A stretch of DNA of 55,258 nt, the filler included, from Sphacelaria rigidula (lineage: Eukaryota): assembly GCA_964200075.2 (NCBI GenBank). It is 4 parts of 4 records of this genome, joined end to end, with 100 filler letters (N's around TTAATTAATTAA, not from the genome) between each part and the next. Parts side by side here need not be neighbours in the genome. Positions count along the whole stretch, not along the records: positions 27,682 to 41,420 come from CAXNAA020002694.1; positions 41,521 to 55,258 come from CAXNAA020002695.1; 2 more parts are not named here. The stretch is one strand, 5' to 3'. Made by a program: the position numbers and the translations under genes. Below, one piece after another: positions 37,409 to 49,887 of this stretch. The notes under the pieces were generated by a model. That model had not been told where the DNA came from. It saw only the letters and a program-made list of their open reading frames with translations, and made no database searches. Within the stretch, counting starts at the first letter, position 1. Each line of letters begins with the position of its first letter.

Positions 37409-38280
37409 GATACCATTTGACTCCGTGCCACGTGGTTTGTGACCAGCTATAAATAACAGCCTGGTGCCTACGTTCGACTTGGAATACTTGAAGTGATGCG
37501 CGCGTGTTGGAGCAAGTGAATGATGGCAGTTCATGCAGTGAGTGATGCACACGGTCCATCGCAAAACATAGAAAGCACGACGGCGGCGGCAAAACCCCGA
37601 GCGGTTTCCAACCGGTTTCGTCGGAGAGGCAGATCATGCCCTTTGGGTTGAGGGATAGGGCTGGGGGTGACGAATAAAATGAGCGCCATTCTGAACATCC
37701 GCAACCGCAACGGATGTCGGCGATTGTTGAGTAAAAAACGTGGCATGCGTGTGGATGAGCATCCATAAGATGATACTTTTACGAGGTACAGCCAGTGCGC
37801 TCAGGTATCACACGATGTGTGATTTTTGCGTGACAAACCAACAAATCCGTACCACCAGGGTCAAATTTTGTGCCAACCATCCTGACAAAAACGTATGGGC
37901 CGACTTTGATCGCCGTTTTTTCCTGTCGCGAGTTTGGGCGGAGAAAAACAACAAAAATGTATTGTGTATTGTGACTCAAAGTCGAAGTTGCACAACCGAA
38001 CTTGGCGTGATTCACGAGGTTCATACCTGTATAACATAACCGACGGAAGACGCAACGGCCGTGCAGCCGTCACATGACTTCTGCAGATTCGTACCGAGAG
38101 CACTTGATTTCCATACCAATCTCGTACAGACCGAAACATAGATGATTGTCTTCAATCGTCATATACACGGATGTTATTTGGCTGAGCCATGGTGACGAGT
38201 ACAGCAGTTGTGATGGATATCCGTCCTACGTTGGTGTTGTGGGTGTACGGGTTGCGAACTGGATGCGATGTTGTGTGGGA

Positions 38281-38683
38281 CACACGCGGCCACTTGGCTA
38301 CCCCCAAAACTTCCTCTACACGAAAATCTACCGCTCCAGAGGGGGAAAAGCACCTGGAGGCGTTTGATTAATCCCTCTGAAGGGTGGATAGTATCCCCCA
38401 TGCACAGAGATTAAAAACCGCTAGAGGAATAGTCCACACAAGGCTACTCTAGAGGGACGGGGATGGAGCCCCCCTAGAGGGGTTGTGTGCACTTTGGAGG
38501 ATCCAACACATGATGAAATCCCTCCAGAGGTCACCATTCCTCTAGCAGTGTTTAATCCCTCTGGAGGGGTCAACTTTGACCCCTCCCGAGGGATCAAACA
38601 CCCCCACGTACAAAAGTGACCCCTCTGGAGGGGTCAATTGTCGTGTGAATAGATTTTTGGGGGTAGCCAAATGGCCGCGTGTG
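38281..38683. mobile_element. EnSpm/CACTA-like non-autonomous element (CAC...GTG termini, 2-bp GA TSD, repeated subterminal motifs)
   Basis: GA|CACACGCGGCCACTTGGCTACCCCCAAAA ... TTTTGGGGGTAGCCAAATGGCCGCGTGTG|GA. The interior has about ten palindromic CCTCY-RGAGG motifs. Confidence 0.85.
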
Positions 38684-41229
38684 GAGTGATGTTGTCTCGG
38701 TACTGTAGTTCCTTTCCGTTCCGCTATGAACTGTGAAGAGGCATACCAATTTTCAGAGTGACGAGGTATAAACGGAACTATGACTCTGGAAAAATCGCTT
38801 TCAAAAACTTTTCATAGTGAAACGTGCACAGCTACCGGCTATTTCTCCTTCCACACAGAGTCTAAGATGCGAAAAAACGTTTTTCCGAGACCGTCGAATA
38901 CACGAAGTGATTGATTTCCACAGATTCACTGATTCGCTCGTACGAACCCGGCCGTTGTAGCACGGTACACATAGCCATCGATTCGCCTGGAGGACTTGTC
39001 CCCGCAGTATTGCTTCACTTTCAAGGAACCACCTGTGCATCGAACCGTGTGTGAGGCGGCCTACACTATATAGTGGCACAAGCAAGCTAGGAGCAAGATA
39101 TCATTTTGGCCCGAAAAAACGTCAATGAGGGATGGCATCCCAGTCCTTCGTGAGTGTGTCCCTTCACAAAACCGCAAGTCAGTAGTCCGGATTCGACTGG
39201 CTGGCGTCCTTTCGATCGCGTTCCTACGCACGGTCGTGGCGTGCCGATTCTTTTTTAATCATACAGGTTTCGGCGCGTGTCTCCGCTGTCGTTGTGTGGT
39301 CTTTGCGTGGGCTAAGATCGCTGGCGGGTTTCCACCCACCCCCCAACAGGGGCAGTTGGGAGGGTGGTATCTTAAGTTTGGTTCGAGACGAGCTACACTG
39401 ATCTCGCGACTACCGTACCTCCTACAGCAGCTCCTCTCCAACTCGGTAGACGTCGACACGAGGCTCGCGCCGGTGTCTCCTGTCTCTTCGCTTCGCCGTC
39501 GTTGGTTATGTGGTCCGAGATCACCGGCGGTCTTCGGCCCCACCCCAGCAGGGGTAGAACGGGAGGAGGTGACGTGGTCTAAAACCACTGGGAGTCCTCC
39601 GCCCACCCCAGTAGGGGCAGACCACGACGAGTCCGCCTCCAGGCCTGCCCCTGCTGGGGTGGGCCGAGGGCCGCCAGTGATCTTGGGCCACACAAAGGTC
39701 ACCCAACCAACGACGATGGAGCAACGCAAGACAGGAGGCACGAGCCCTCGCCTTGCGTTGACGTCGGCCGAGCTTGAGAGATACTAGAAGAGGTACAGTG
39801 GTCGAGAGAATAATGTAGCTCGAATCGAATCATTACTTTAGATGCCGCTGTCCGACTGCCCCTGCTGGGGTGGGCAGAACCCGCCAGCGGTCTCACATCA
39901 TGCGAAGGCTACATGACGACGGCAGAGACACGAGCCCGAGCCTCGTATCGACGGGGAAACCTGAGCCACGATCGCGAGATTGGCGTGTGCTTCGGTTCGG
40001 AACTACCTTTGCAGCACCATGAGGTTCGCCCCTCGATCGCGAGGGTAGGTCACCTGGTCCATGGACTAATTTTTCAAATGACGTTGATGCTGATTCAACG
40101 GATGACCTATGCTCGCGGTCGAAGGGTTACACCGTAATGCCCCGTCTTGGACCCCGGGGCTAGGCAGCACCAGAGACGGCAGTGGGGACAGCCTAGACAG
40201 GAATGGAGGGACTGCATACCACGTGGGTACGAGATCCAGGAGCGCGGAAGGAGTAGAGTCGGGCAGAGCAGGAATTTTTTACCTGCTTGTGCAAAAATAC
40301 AAGACAAGCACCGTGCTGACTCAAGCAGCCGGAAACTACACCGGCGTAACCCGGGCAGGTAGTACACCCTGGCCTATTATAGTAAAGGTGCAAGGATAGA
40401 TCAATGCGAATCTTTTTGTCATGGTTCGTGTGTTTTGGTTCTCGAGCTTACCTCTATTTCTGATTGACTTCGCGTGTCGAGTGTGGGAGCTTGGGCTTCA
40501 TCTCCGGTTTTCCGAATGGTCGCCTGCGGCACAAAATCTTATATTATCAGCATTAAAAGAGTCGGTTTTCTGATGAAATGCTTTCCGCGCCGCGTTTTTG
40601 TTTTGCCAAGCATCCCTTTTTTATGTGATGCAAAGGTTATTACAGGCTGAAAATCAGTTTACATCATCCTTTGCAAGGGGCGTGGGTTTAGTTTTCGTAC
40701 TCTAGAGCGCGCGAGAGAGAGACTAGGCCACTTCTTGTCTGTGAAAAAATCAGAATAAAATTAAAGCCCTTTTCAAGATGATGTTTCTTAATAGAATGTT
40801 TTCCAAGCACCCGCTCTTGCGTGATCCAGAGGTAATCAAAACCGGAAAGGCAGTTTCTCTGAGAGGCGTGTGGGTCTATTTTTCAAATTCTGGATCGCGC
40901 AAGAGAGACGGTGCGCAGAAGACACCCCGTCCATCAAGCCGAAGGGTTATGGCGCGGTGTGGCCACAAACAGCAGAGCAGGATGGCATGCGCACCACGAA
41001 TCTCGAACATGCGTTGCCCCTCCTGCTGGAATGCTCGGATTACGCCAAGACAGCTGCTGTACGGAGAGCAAAACTGCTGCTATTCAGGCAGCAGAGCTAG
41101 TGCTGTACAGGTGACAGAGCTACTACTGTACAGGCGTCATGGCTACTGCTGTACAAGAAGCAGGGTTACAGCTGTGCAGGCACCAGCAGTCGTGCGATCA
41201 GGTTGGTCCAATTCGCAGATCCTTTTTCT

Positions 41230-41420
41230 CCGCCATCCCCGGTGGCTCAGTTGGTAACCTCGAAACCTTCTGACGGTTGGGTCTTGAGTTCGAATCTCGG
41301 AGCGATCTGGGATTTTTTCATACACCATACCCAACAGTGGAGAACGACTATGTCGTGGGTACACAAAATTCAACTCAACGGTCGACGAGGGAAAGGGATT
41401 GCTGAACCCCTCTCGCGAAA
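41230..41420 (+). mobile_element. tRNA-derived SINE family B, truncated by contig end
   Basis: GGTGGCTCAGTTGG A box and GAGTTCGAATC B box; body shared with 54076-54490 (GACTATGTCGTGGGTACACAAAATTC...GCTGAACCCCTCTCGCGA). Confidence 0.85.
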
Positions 41421-41520
41421 NNNNNNNNNNNNNNNNNNNNNNNNNNNNNNNNNNNNNNNNNNNNTTAATTAATTAANNNNNNNNNNNNNNNNNNNNNNNN
41501 NNNNNNNNNNNNNNNNNNNN
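41421..41520. other. Artificial contig spacer
   Basis: Same N/TTAATTAATTAA linker. Confidence 0.97.
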
Positions 41521-42234
41521 TAGTTCCCTTACTATCCTACGGTAACCCCTCCCTAAAATTTGCACCCTTTTAAAACCCCCCCCCCCCCCCCCCGAAAAAA
41601 AAAAAAACAGCCCAAAAGTGTCACGAAAAAAATGGTCATACAGCGCCTGATGTTTGGATTCAGGTTGCATGGAGCGCCTCATATGGGCGACATTGGCGAG
41701 AACAAACCCAAGCTTGGGAATTCCCAGCTGCTCGTTGTGCTCGGCTTTTTTCACATCAATTTATGTGAAGATTTCGCCTCCCCAAACCCAGGCACTTTTG
41801 TTTTGGGGTGGGGTATCGTTGAAAGTGTCATGTATTGGCCAGAACATATGGTGACAGGAGAGGCGACCTGGTACCTATGCCTTTTGATACGTATCTGGCC
41901 ACCGGTGCGGGGCTGCCCATGCCCTTCACAGTATGTGATATATCTTGGCTAAACATCACGACGAAAGAAAACGCGGGTCGATCTGCGCCTTTTGGTATCC
42001 CTGTAATCACTGGTGATGTGTTGCTTATACCCTGGACAAAACAATATGTTCCAACATGATGTCAATATTTTGTATTGGAGACAGCGCAAACATTGTCCTT
42101 TCAATTTCAATTTTCAAATTGGTTGTTGTCTCAGGCTATTCCAGATTCGGCTATAGATTTCTGTGACAGAAAACACTCTCGTTTTTTTCGGAATACTTAA
42201 AAAACCCCAGCAGAACCTCTCAAAAAACCAGCAG

Positions 42235-42477
42235 AACCTTTCGGAAAACTGCTCAAAAGATGACCCCATTATCTTGACTACAGGGTGGTACACTCAGAAC
42301 CAGACAACTCTGCAGTGGTGTATAAACTGAGAGTACTACTCTCAACACCAGACGGCGAACCTTTCGGAAAACTGCTCAAAATATGACCCCATTATCTTGA
42401 CTACAGGGTGGTACACTCAGAACCAGACAACTCTGCAGTGGTGTATGAACTGCAGAGTACTACTCTCAACACCAGAC
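42235..42477. repeat. Recent ~121-bp tandem duplication
   Basis: GAACCTTTCGGAAAACTGCTCAAAA.ATGACCCC...CTCTCAACACCAGAC occurs twice, nearly identical. Confidence 0.9.
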
Positions 42478-44611
42478 AAGGCAGTTATGCCGTGTTTTCT
42501 GGTCGCTCGTGACGGACTGTATTCAAATGCAAAAACTTGTAACCCAGATCTGCACGTTGAGAGATGCGGCAGAGTACTACACTCAACAGAAAACAACACA
42601 GATGTTTTGCAGCATCACGAGGAATCACGCGCCGTTCTAATCGCGTTCCGCACGAGAAGGGGAAGAAGCAACAACAGCAGTATCAGCGGCATCTTTACTG
42701 CCAGTAGATGTACGCGGCTGGGGGTGGGTCTAAATCAGCCGGTGCCGATTCGTGTGTGTGTCAGCACTGTCCAGCACGGTGGCTATCACTCGTAAGGTGC
42801 CTGGGTGTTGTCGCACGGTCGAAACGCGGACCGTCTACGATCAAGAGCAGCGGCAGCAGCACCAGCAGCATCGGCGCCGGTTGATTCAGACCCAGCTCCA
42901 GCCACGTAGATTCACTGGCAACGAATATGCTGCTGATACTTCTGCTGCTGCTGCTGCTGCTGCTGCTGACTTGCTGCTTCTCGTGCAGACGGTCCACGGC
43001 ACTTGACAGCCCCCCGCATACAAACAAGATCTAGAGGACCTTTCTGCACTGGAGCCCTGACATGAAGTAGCCGCCAGCTTTGTCTTTCTTCTTTCAACTC
43101 TCCCTCTGTAGTTCGACACTCCAAAGGATACTCGCCATGCGCATTCACTGTAGTTACGTTGGTGTGTAGCGGCCACAACAGCTGCTGTTCGTGCTCTTGT
43201 CTTATTATCTTCGCAATGACGGTAAACGTGGGGTGGCAGCTCGGAGCGTGTGCTTCCCGACTGGTACAGACAAAGGGAGGACACTCGCTAGTGCAACAAG
43301 ATTGTCCATCTACTGATGTGGAGCGAGCTTTCCGGAGGAACAAAATCACCTCAACACCGACCACTCCCAGACTTGAATAAATGCGCAAAAAGTATATCCA
43401 CCTACGGGGACCCACATTTTTTTAATCAGCTGCCCGTCACGGATGTTTTCAAACAAGGTGAAGCCTTCACGCGTAGTACCGGAGTGCAGGCAGTACACAG
43501 CAGTAACACACACACAGTAAACAAAGTGAAGCCTTCACGTGTAGTACCGTAGTGCAGGCAGTAGTCAGTAGTCATATCCTCTGCATCTGCATCCACTGCC
43601 ATGGACGTGCATCTGAATGTGACCTCGAACCCTACAGTGAAGACGGTATAGTACTGTACTGTATTGGCAAAGCACAGCTACCTACTGTGCTCGCGAGTAC
43701 AGCCCGTGCTTGTAACCTGGCAGAGTACAGCCTGTACTCGGAAATGGAGTAGTATAAGATAACAAGTACAGGCTATAGCTGTGTCGTGTCTGCGAAGCAT
43801 AGCCTGTACTTGTAATGTCGTACTGTTCGCAAAATCCACGGCCTGTATTGTGAATACTCTTGCCTGCCGCAACACCCTGGCACTTCATTGTACTACCGTT
43901 TTACCGTAAAGTCTATCTCGTACAGTATGCTTTGTGCCCATCACCTCAAGAAAAAAATTCTCATCCGATGAAAGATCAAAGTGGGTGTTTTCCGTCGTGC
44001 TCAACATTGGGGTGCTTACGCGGATGAAACTCGGGTTTGATCGTGAAGTTCAGAGCAAGATGCAATTGTCACCCTACTTCGGTTAAACATCTAGCTTTTA
44101 AAGACCCCATCGACTATGGCGATGTGAGGACCAAATATGTGTGTTGGGCCAGGTTGGGCTCGATCTTTCCTATTGGCCAAAAATCTCAAGTCCTCTCGAT
44201 CTTTACCGGTACAGTGTTTCGGGAAGCAAATTTGCCCCCAAAGTCCGTAGCAAAAAGACGGTTTTGATCTTCCCTCCGTTTGGTCTTTCAGATGTTCACG
44301 CTATTGGTCGACAGACCCGAAGGGTTCTTCGTCCTCCCGGCACATACCACACCAGCTCTATCATCGCGCGTAGGGCGTACACCACACCATACGCCGAAGA
44401 CGCTTGGTGTGACAATGGTGTTCACATGAAGTCAGCACAGCAGCACATGCACAAAGAAAGAGTGTTGAGCACAAGTTGACACAGACAGCGAGTAGCACGA
44501 ACAACATGAGACAAACGTGACGTGTATCCGGGTTGCATGGAAGTTCAGAGAAGAAGGAAGGAAACATATGATACAGCAGGACACGTTTTTCGGTTCACCT
44601 CCAACAGATGA

Positions 44612-45464
44612 GGCTGAGTCGAGGTGAGTTGAAAGGTTTTCGCGCAAACCGCGATCATGGCCGGGTGGTTGAAAATCGGCCCTCGGCAAAAATTGAGGAC
44701 CCATCTGAAATGAGGGAAAGACCCATCACATTGGACATGTGCTGTTTCACCGTGCTGCAGCACAAACATACTCACGCTCTCTCTCATGTGCTGTAGCTGT
44801 CACTTGTGCTGTGGTGTGTTCGGACCTTTGGGAAGACGGTTTGATCTCCGCTGGGAGTGCCTCAGTTGCCTGACTGTCACTGCATTAGTCTTTACAGAAA
44901 ATGAGCGAAATTTTGTTTTTCGGCAGGCAGTGCTGTATACACTACTGTTGTCGTTGTTGAATGTTTCGTCTCACGTCAAACGAACAAGGTGCTTCCCACA
45001 CCCATCATGTTTATCCTGTATTTAGTTGTCGCTGTACTGCTGTGCATTCAAGCACTCCACGACGAACATGGCGTGATGTGCGCTGGAGAGGGCCTGAACA
45101 GTTGTACTGCTGTATGCCGTGTTTCGGTTTGCACAGAATTTGGGTGGGATCAAGGTGCTGTTCATAAAATTGAAATTATTACGTACGGAACGACTGTGTA
45201 GCTGGTCTTCGGTAGTTCAGTTGTAGTCAGATGCTGTGATCAGAAAAGACAAGCAAGGTGGACGCGTGCAAGTTGGGGCAATCAAACTGAGCCAGCACGG
45301 AGCTGCTGTATCCCAAGCGGTTGATGGTAGCAGCTGTCTGCCTTGATGTCCCATTCTCTACCTTATTTCAGACGGGTCCTCCTTTATTGACGAGTGCCGA
45401 TTTTTAAACGCGCGGCGATGATCGCGCTTCGCGCCAAAGTCTTGTACCTCACCTCGAGTCATCC
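44612..45464. mobile_element. PIF/Harbinger-like MITE with ~105-bp diverged TIRs
   Basis: TGA|GGCTGAGTCGAGGTGAG...GAGGACCCATCTGAAAT mirrors ATTTCAGACGGGTCCTC...CTCACCTCGAGTCATCC|TTA (TNA 3-bp flanks). Internal 44775-44900 resembles 53478-53600. Confidence 0.75.
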
Positions 45465-47366
45465 TTATCTGTGGGAGGTGCAGGGTGAGACAAATTTTCA
45501 GACAGTCGGGCAGAGGTTTATCACTGCTTCCTGAACACGTTGGACAGACAGTGTTGCCCAAGGTCGGCCCCCCGAGCAGTGCGTACCCCGTTGTGCTGGA
45601 CGGTGTTGAAGAGTTGGTAGGTGCATAGCGAGTGACGCTTGAAGCTATGTTTACTACATGTTTCACTCTGGCCTTGCGGCAAGCAAGACCATTGCATACT
45701 TACTTAAACCCACGAGACCTGTCGCACATCCCCTAAACCTCACGTTGTATAGAGCTGTCGCCGGTGCGGCCACGGTCGTCGGTAAGGTGCGAATGTGCCC
45801 GCGATCCGGTATCCGTGGGTCTCTGAGCTGCTATCAAAATACTTGAGGGAAGCGACTGGTGAAAAAAGTAGTTCGTTTTGTCCCCACCGCTTTACCGTAC
45901 AGCGGTAAGTGACGTGTCTCACGGCGAATCCAGATGGAACTGGTCGTTATGGTATGTGCGTGTCATCTGCATAGCGACCACTCCTCGACCCGCTTGATGT
46001 CGGTGGTGGGCGGGTAACCAGGGGCAGCGGTTGCTCTGCGACGTTCGTACGTACTGATACTCCATACCGTGCTTGCTAGTACCCACCGGTTCCTGTTCGC
46101 CACCTGTTGGTCAGGGCACAGCGTGATGTGCGTCATGCTAGGGTTTGTTGTGCTCGCGGTATATGATGTCGAGGTGGGGGATCGGAAGAAGAATATGTCG
46201 AAGGCGCCGTGTAGGAACATGGGAGAACGTTGCTGTGTACGCGACGTGATTCAGCAAGGGTTCTGTCACTTCTCAAAGAGTCGTCACCGCAGCAACGACC
46301 ATGTTCACGCCATGTCGTGCCCGACGCCGGCTACGCGCATCGCGATTCAACGGCGAACCCGAATAGGCGAACACGCAAGATTTCTGTCATGTCCCAGTCA
46401 CGTGAAGAAGCGGCAGTTTTCATTTTCGATCATGTGTAACCCGACGGCAACTCTCGCTGTGGTACTAGCTGATGTCCCTACTGCCAGGATCGGCTAAGCT
46501 GATGATAGGCACATGATATCAACCAGTGATCACAGTGAAACATTCACCTGTGGCCGAAACAAGAAACAACATATTCGTGAGATTCAGAGCGTAATATCGA
46601 ATTCAGAGTAGATGCTCTAGCGTTCCTTACAGGCAACTTTTTTGTTTTCGTTTACTCGAGCACACGTCCTGTGCATGCAGCTTCCGTACAGTACCCCATT
46701 CGAGGAATTCGGCTGTGTGGTTGGTGAGATATTGCACAAAGCGTTTTTACGCCTGGGGGGGCATTTCGGAACTGAAACTGTTTCAGGCACTCATCGTTTT
46801 CTCCTGAAAGAGGGGATCTTTGTCACAATGGACTGACTACGTCGTTGCTTTTACGTGATGTGTCAAATTGATCGTTTAGGTGACAGCTTTCATTGAAGTC
46901 ACCGCTTCACCAGCTGGGCGCGTTACTCCTCGAACTGTGGCGATGTCGAAATCGACGGGAAAGTCCATTGTTTCGGGTCTCACTCTGAAGCCGATGTTAC
47001 ACTCTGAATCTCACGAATATAGTGTTAAGAGTGAACACAACGACCAGGAGCGGAAAAGCATTTCCGGGAAAATGTGGCGCTCGCTTGATTGGGTACAGTT
47101 CTCGTCATCCCGTTGCCAAAATATCATCGTAACGTTGCTGATATATTTCGTCATCGTTCTTCTTCTTGTCATGAAGTGACGTCAGTGCAAGGCTAAGGCA
47201 GTTTCAAGATACCGCTTGTCGTGACACAACTGGTGTGTCTGTTAATTGGTTTTGCTCTGTATAGGTGTTGAGTGTTGTATCGTTCAGCAGATTCTCTGCG
47301 TCCTCTGTGTGTGATCATATGTCAGATTCTCCCCTCCCCTACCTGCCCTTTGCTTTGCTCATGTAG

Positions 47367-47436
47367 GTGTGGAGGCGGGAAACCGTGTCATGGACCTTCA
47401 CGGACACAGCTTGCCCCTCGCACACGCTGCTGTCAG
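47367..47436 (+). CDS. Smr (small MutS-related) domain protein, exon (VEAGNRVMDLHGHSLPLAHAAV-R)
   Basis: MDLHG.S...A..A motif that begins Smr domains. tgtAG acceptor and GTatgc donor; phase compatible with the next exon. Absent from the ORF track because it is short. Confidence 0.85.
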
Positions 47437-47996
47437 GTATGCCTAGTCAGCATCACATTGTGGGTTGTGTGATCGTGGCTACGCAGTGAAAAATCTTTGG
47501 TTTCGCGGAGAACTCGTACTTGTTGCAGGTAGGCTCTAAAACATATTGGGGTATTCACTGGGTGAACTCTTGCCTATGGGTGGTGCAAGTTTCAAATTTG
47601 CTTCGCAGTCACGATCATGTTTTAATTTCAAGGTTCAGCAAGATATTGGTACGGTGAAGGTATTGACTTCGAAGTTTGTTTTCAGGGCTCCTTTTATGTA
47701 TAGGAGCATTTCTGCATCATAAAATGGAGGGAAGTGTGCATCCGCCGTGTTCAAGAGTGGAAAAATCAATCCATCACTTCGACAGTGCGAGGATTTAACG
47801 AAGCTGTTGCACGTACCCGCTATAGGCGGCCCAACCTTGGTGCGAACGTTTGCTCTCGAAGAGGTCCGAGGTTTTCATAGCTCAAGTCGGCATTGATGCT
47901 AGAGCTGGGATCTACTGCTGTAGTCAGTTACGAATAGTGCGTATGCTGTAACATGGAAGCCTCTACATCGTAATATCCCTTGATATTTTTGCGCAG

Positions 47997-48108
47997 GTTC
48001 GCTCTGGAAGAGATCTGGAGATTTTCGCAGCTAAACGAGAAGACCGTGGGGGACCTGACCATCATCACTGGCGTTGGGAAGGGCAGTCTCCACGCTCTGC
48101 AGCCTGTG
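47997..48108 (+). CDS. Smr domain protein, exon (FALEEIWRFSQLNEKTVGDLTIITGVGKGSLHALQPV)
   Basis: L.IITG.G.GS Smr motif. cgcAG acceptor and GTgaga donor; 112 bp; completes the AG+G codon from the upstream exon. Confidence 0.9.
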
Positions 48109-48612
48109 GTGAGATGGTTATCCTGTAGAAACAGGAGCAGCTGGAACGACCCGATATATTGTCGGGCATACGCACCAGTATACCAGCGATAGTACCAATT
48201 CCCGTATTGGTCGATGCTGTCGCACACTTACTTTTGCTCTTCCTGCAACGCTGCCATCGCTTCTCCCTTCCTCTGGACGAGCCCGTGGTTTTAAGCTGTC
48301 AACTCATCTCTTCCCCGTTACACCTAGCGCCGATGGTGGAGTACAGTCTACGCGAGTGTTTTGTCTATTTGTGGTGTATGTACGTCTGCTCAACTGCCCT
48401 CAGTTCTCATGTAGTGTACCTCGCGTGTCGGTTTGAATTTTCATCTCGGCAGTTACGAACTTCCTCTGTAATACAAATATCGAGTGTTGTATCCACCGGT
48501 GTTGTTTGTGCGCCTTTTATCGCCATGTGTTGAGTTTTTTTCCCCGCGAATGTGAATGTGAGCGATGGGGATGACGATGCTTCGCTGTTTCCTTTGTTGT
48601 TCTCCAACACAG

Positions 48613-48678
48613 GTTCGACCTGAAGTGCAGCGCATGTTGATGGACGAATTCTACCCGCCAATACACTCCGCCACGAAG
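48613..48678 (+). CDS. Smr domain protein, exon (VRPEVQRMLMDEFYPPIHSATK)
   Basis: cacAG acceptor and GTgggt donor; 66 bp, phase 0-0. Supplies the second Smr helix (RP.V..ML) expected after the ITG.G motif. Confidence 0.85.
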
Positions 48679-49454
48679 GTGGGTCCTACCAGTGCTAGAT
48701 TCCCTGTGATCAATACGGAAAATCGAACACATTGCTCGAACTATTTCCCCCATTCTGTACCTCGATATACGTATGTGTGTAGCTGAAGGTGAACGCCGCC
48801 GCAGCAGCCGCTGTCCTCTCGTGAGAATTTCATGGATGCAACATCATTTTGTATAAGTGCAATTCAGCACGTCGAGATGTTTTGTCCATCATCCTCCCGT
48901 TTGATGCGATGCACCAAGACTATCAAACGCCGAGCCGCTGCCTGGTAAACTCGAGACCTACTCGGCGGGCCGATTCCACTGTGAGCACTGGTATGATCAG
49001 CCCTACCCCTGCTGATAGCCCTTCTTGGCATTCAGGGTCAACATTTATATTGGTGTATATACAGGGGTGCAACAACCCCGGTCGTACGGTTGTCGTACAT
49101 TGGTTGGCTAGGCCACCACAAAAGAGCAAGACCGCATAGAAACACGCGCATTGCCCAAAGCCATTCCCCTAGCCGCCATTGATCTTCCCTTAGTCACTGT
49201 CTCAACAGTATAGCCCATTTGTGCCCACTGTAGAAAACAAACTTTTGATATGTTGGGGATCCCGGGCGAGTGGTCGTGCTCCTGAGGAAAATCAGCGCTG
49301 GGCTGAAACACGCCAAAGAGCACGACAGTCCCGATCATGTGTACTGCCCGACAACCTTCCCAGCCGTAATCCTCAACTCAACCAGCCTTCCTGTTGCTCT
49401 CGGCAAAGAGCACGATTGTACCGACACGTCCCTCCATGCCCCTGTGCTTCGTAG

Positions 49455-49694
49455 GTTGGGAACCCCGGGCGCGTGGTGGTTCCTGCGGAGGCAATCGAGG
49501 GATGGCTGAAACACAACATGGAGGCCAAGAGGCACGTCATGGCCCGACTAGCGGCTACGTTGAAACAGCGGGCAAAAGCACGCGAAGACATGTCGGAGAT
49601 TTCAGGAGAGAGAAGACTCGTGGATGATGACACGATCTACTACAGTAATTTGGAGGATTACGGCGAGGAATTCTACGATGATACAGACTGGTGA
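49455..49694 (+). CDS. Smr domain protein (probable PPR-SMR type), last or penultimate exon (VGNPGRVVVPAEAIEGWLKHNMEAKRHVMARL...EEFYDDTDW)
   Basis: NPGR.VV....I..WL motif that ends Smr domains of PPR-SMR proteins; cgtAG acceptor. Ends at TGA 49692-49694 or splices at GTgagc 49691. No PPR repeats were seen on this contig, so the PPR assignment is inference. Confidence 0.85.
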   Translation, partial: VGNPGRVVVPAEAIEGWLKHNMEAKRHVMARLAATLKQRAKAREDMSEISGERRLVDDDTIYYSNLEDYGEEFYDDTDW

Positions 49695-49821
49695 GCCAGC
49701 TTCTCGCCTGTATATGTCAAAATGTTCGTATACGTGATACCACCAACAGTTTCCTTGCAGTACACGCGCGGTACACCATGCACGCGCACAAGTAGCAGTG
49801 TCAATCGAACGACTACGCAAA

Positions 49822-49887
49822 GAACCCTGTGGATTACTTGGCGAACCCGTGGATTGTTTGGCGAACCTGTGGATAACTTGGCGGACC
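49822..49887. repeat. Three copies of a ~20-bp tandem repeat (GAACC.GTGGAT...TTGGC)
   Basis: Directly visible downstream of the Smr gene's last exon. Confidence 0.8.

Noticed and set aside
39125-40400. Overlapping 160-220-aa ORFs in a GC-rich region with CCCACCCCAGCAGGGG repeats, as a possible retroelement gene
   Set aside because: Probably repeat-derived, but I found no gag, RT, integrase or recombinase motif to support a call.
41230-41310. Possible tRNA gene (also 20617, 34260-34342, 54080, 4470, 15110-15197)
   Set aside because: A/B boxes are present but there is no complete cloverleaf. Most continue into a shared multi-copy body, so they are best read as SINE heads.
41473-41754. Near-identical small ORFs on two contigs (MKKAEHNEQLGIP...) as a conserved gene
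   Set aside because: They lie in a dispersed repeat at contig ends and run into gaps; conservation is at the DNA level.
42761-43415. PolyQ/polyA/polyS ORFs
   Set aside because: Explained by a (GCT)n microsatellite open in several frames.
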